Shown here one piece after another: positions 63,175 to 64,000 of a stretch of DNA of 64,000 nucleotides. Position 1 is the first letter of the stretch. The number at the start of each line of letters is the position of its first letter. The notes under the pieces were generated by a model. The model did not search any database, was not told where the DNA came from, and saw only the letters and a program-made list of their open reading frames with translations. The stretch is from a virus (Duplodnaviria > Caudoviricetes): positions 1 to 64,000 of the IMG/VR virus record IMGVR_UViG_2772190661_000001; one strand, 5' to 3'. A program made the position numbers and the translations under genes.

Positions 63175-63762
63175 TCAGATGGGTGGGATCCGTTGGAAGC
63201 GTTCGCGGTAGACGGCGGATTGCGCCTGCTCAAGATCCTTAATCGGATCATCGATAAGAATCAATTCTGCGGGCCGTCCGGTCACACTGCCAGCCACGCC
63301 GGCACAGAACACCCCGCCCTTACGTCCCTCGATCTGCCAGCGCCCCGCAGCACGCGAATCCGCGCGCAGCCGCACACCGAGGTCCACCGTGCCCTCGTCG
63401 CCGTTGAAGGTCTCGAAGTCCCGCTTGATGTCCGCGCCCCAACGCCTGGCGATCTCGTCGGAGTAACTGATGATGATCGTCCGGAGGTCTTGATCAACGT
63501 CGGCCATCAGCCACGTCGGGAACCGGTACGACACCGTGCTCGACTTCGCCTCCTGTGGCGGCATCGAGATGATGAGCCGGTCCTCGCGGCCCTCGGCCAC
63601 GTCGACCAGCGACGCGTTGATCAGTTCCAGGGCAGGCGTGCGCACGATCGTCGGGTCGAGCGCCTGAGCCATGTCCAGCGGCGACGCCCAGCGCCGGGTC
63701 CGCGGCTTCATCAGCCGCGCCGCCTCGCGCATCGCGGCGCGCACGTCGAGGAGCCCGGACAC
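63175..63762 (-). pseudogene. terL: truncated terminase large subunit (ATPase N-terminal half)
   Basis: RLIISMPPQEAKS, SYS..IA..WG, GV.GS.TG.PA.LILIDDP.KD; stops about 20 aa after Walker B, no nuclease domain. Confidence 0.85.
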
Positions 63763-64000
63763 GCTCACCTCGCAGGTGGGTGTCCGGCCGTACCGCGGGG
63801 AGTAGAGCGGCACGGCCGGACGCGCGATCCCCCACAGGACACGCCACTCGCCACGGCCCGATCTGCCGCGGTGAGAGTCAGGGTTGCCCGGTCGTCTTCA
63901 CGGGCGCGAGCGGGACCACACGGTCACCACTTCTTAGCCTCGGAGTGAACAGCTGATATAGCCCCCAGTCAAGCAGGCGTCGTCCGGCGGTGCGGTCTGC

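Larger units (their letters stand above)
1..64000. mobile_element. part of a conjugative phage-plasmid/AICE-prophage hybrid; ends not in window
   Basis: TraB/Spd cluster, two replicators with origins, lysis and tail module; no host housekeeping genes. Confidence 0.8.

Noticed and set aside
63175-63230. Intron, intein or frameshift rescuing terL
   Set aside because: Only 52 bp separate the stop from the next gene, and no terminase nuclease motifs were seen downstream in any frame.

Overview
High-GC actinobacterial mobile element (host family uncertain; the gene style suggests a filamentous actinomycete such as Micromonosporaceae). It combines three parts. (i) About 32 kb (1-31.8 kb) of small, translationally coupled accessory ORFs under several small divergent regulators. 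These include a KilAC antirepressor, a YspA/SLOG protein, a DEDDh exonuclease, a Xis + AAA helicase + iteron-origin module, an acr-aca2-like operon, a miniature kinase-fold ORF and an orphan Pycsar-type effector. (ii) An AICE/conjugative-plasmid core (32-49 kb) with DUF6879/XRE-DUF5753, a Panacea TA pair, a DUF4352 lipoprotein, a second origin with a DnaB_N-DUF3987 replicator, Spd-like membrane genes, a clt-like CCGGACA repeat array, a TraB/FtsK translocase and two GIY-YIG proteins. (iii) A siphovirus lysis and tail module (49.4-63.1 kb, minus strand) whose terminase breaks off after Walker B and runs almost directly into the tail genes, so portal, capsid and connector genes are absent at their usual position. 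No integrase, tRNA, rRNA or CRISPR array was seen. All family assignments come from motif recognition by eye, not database searches.
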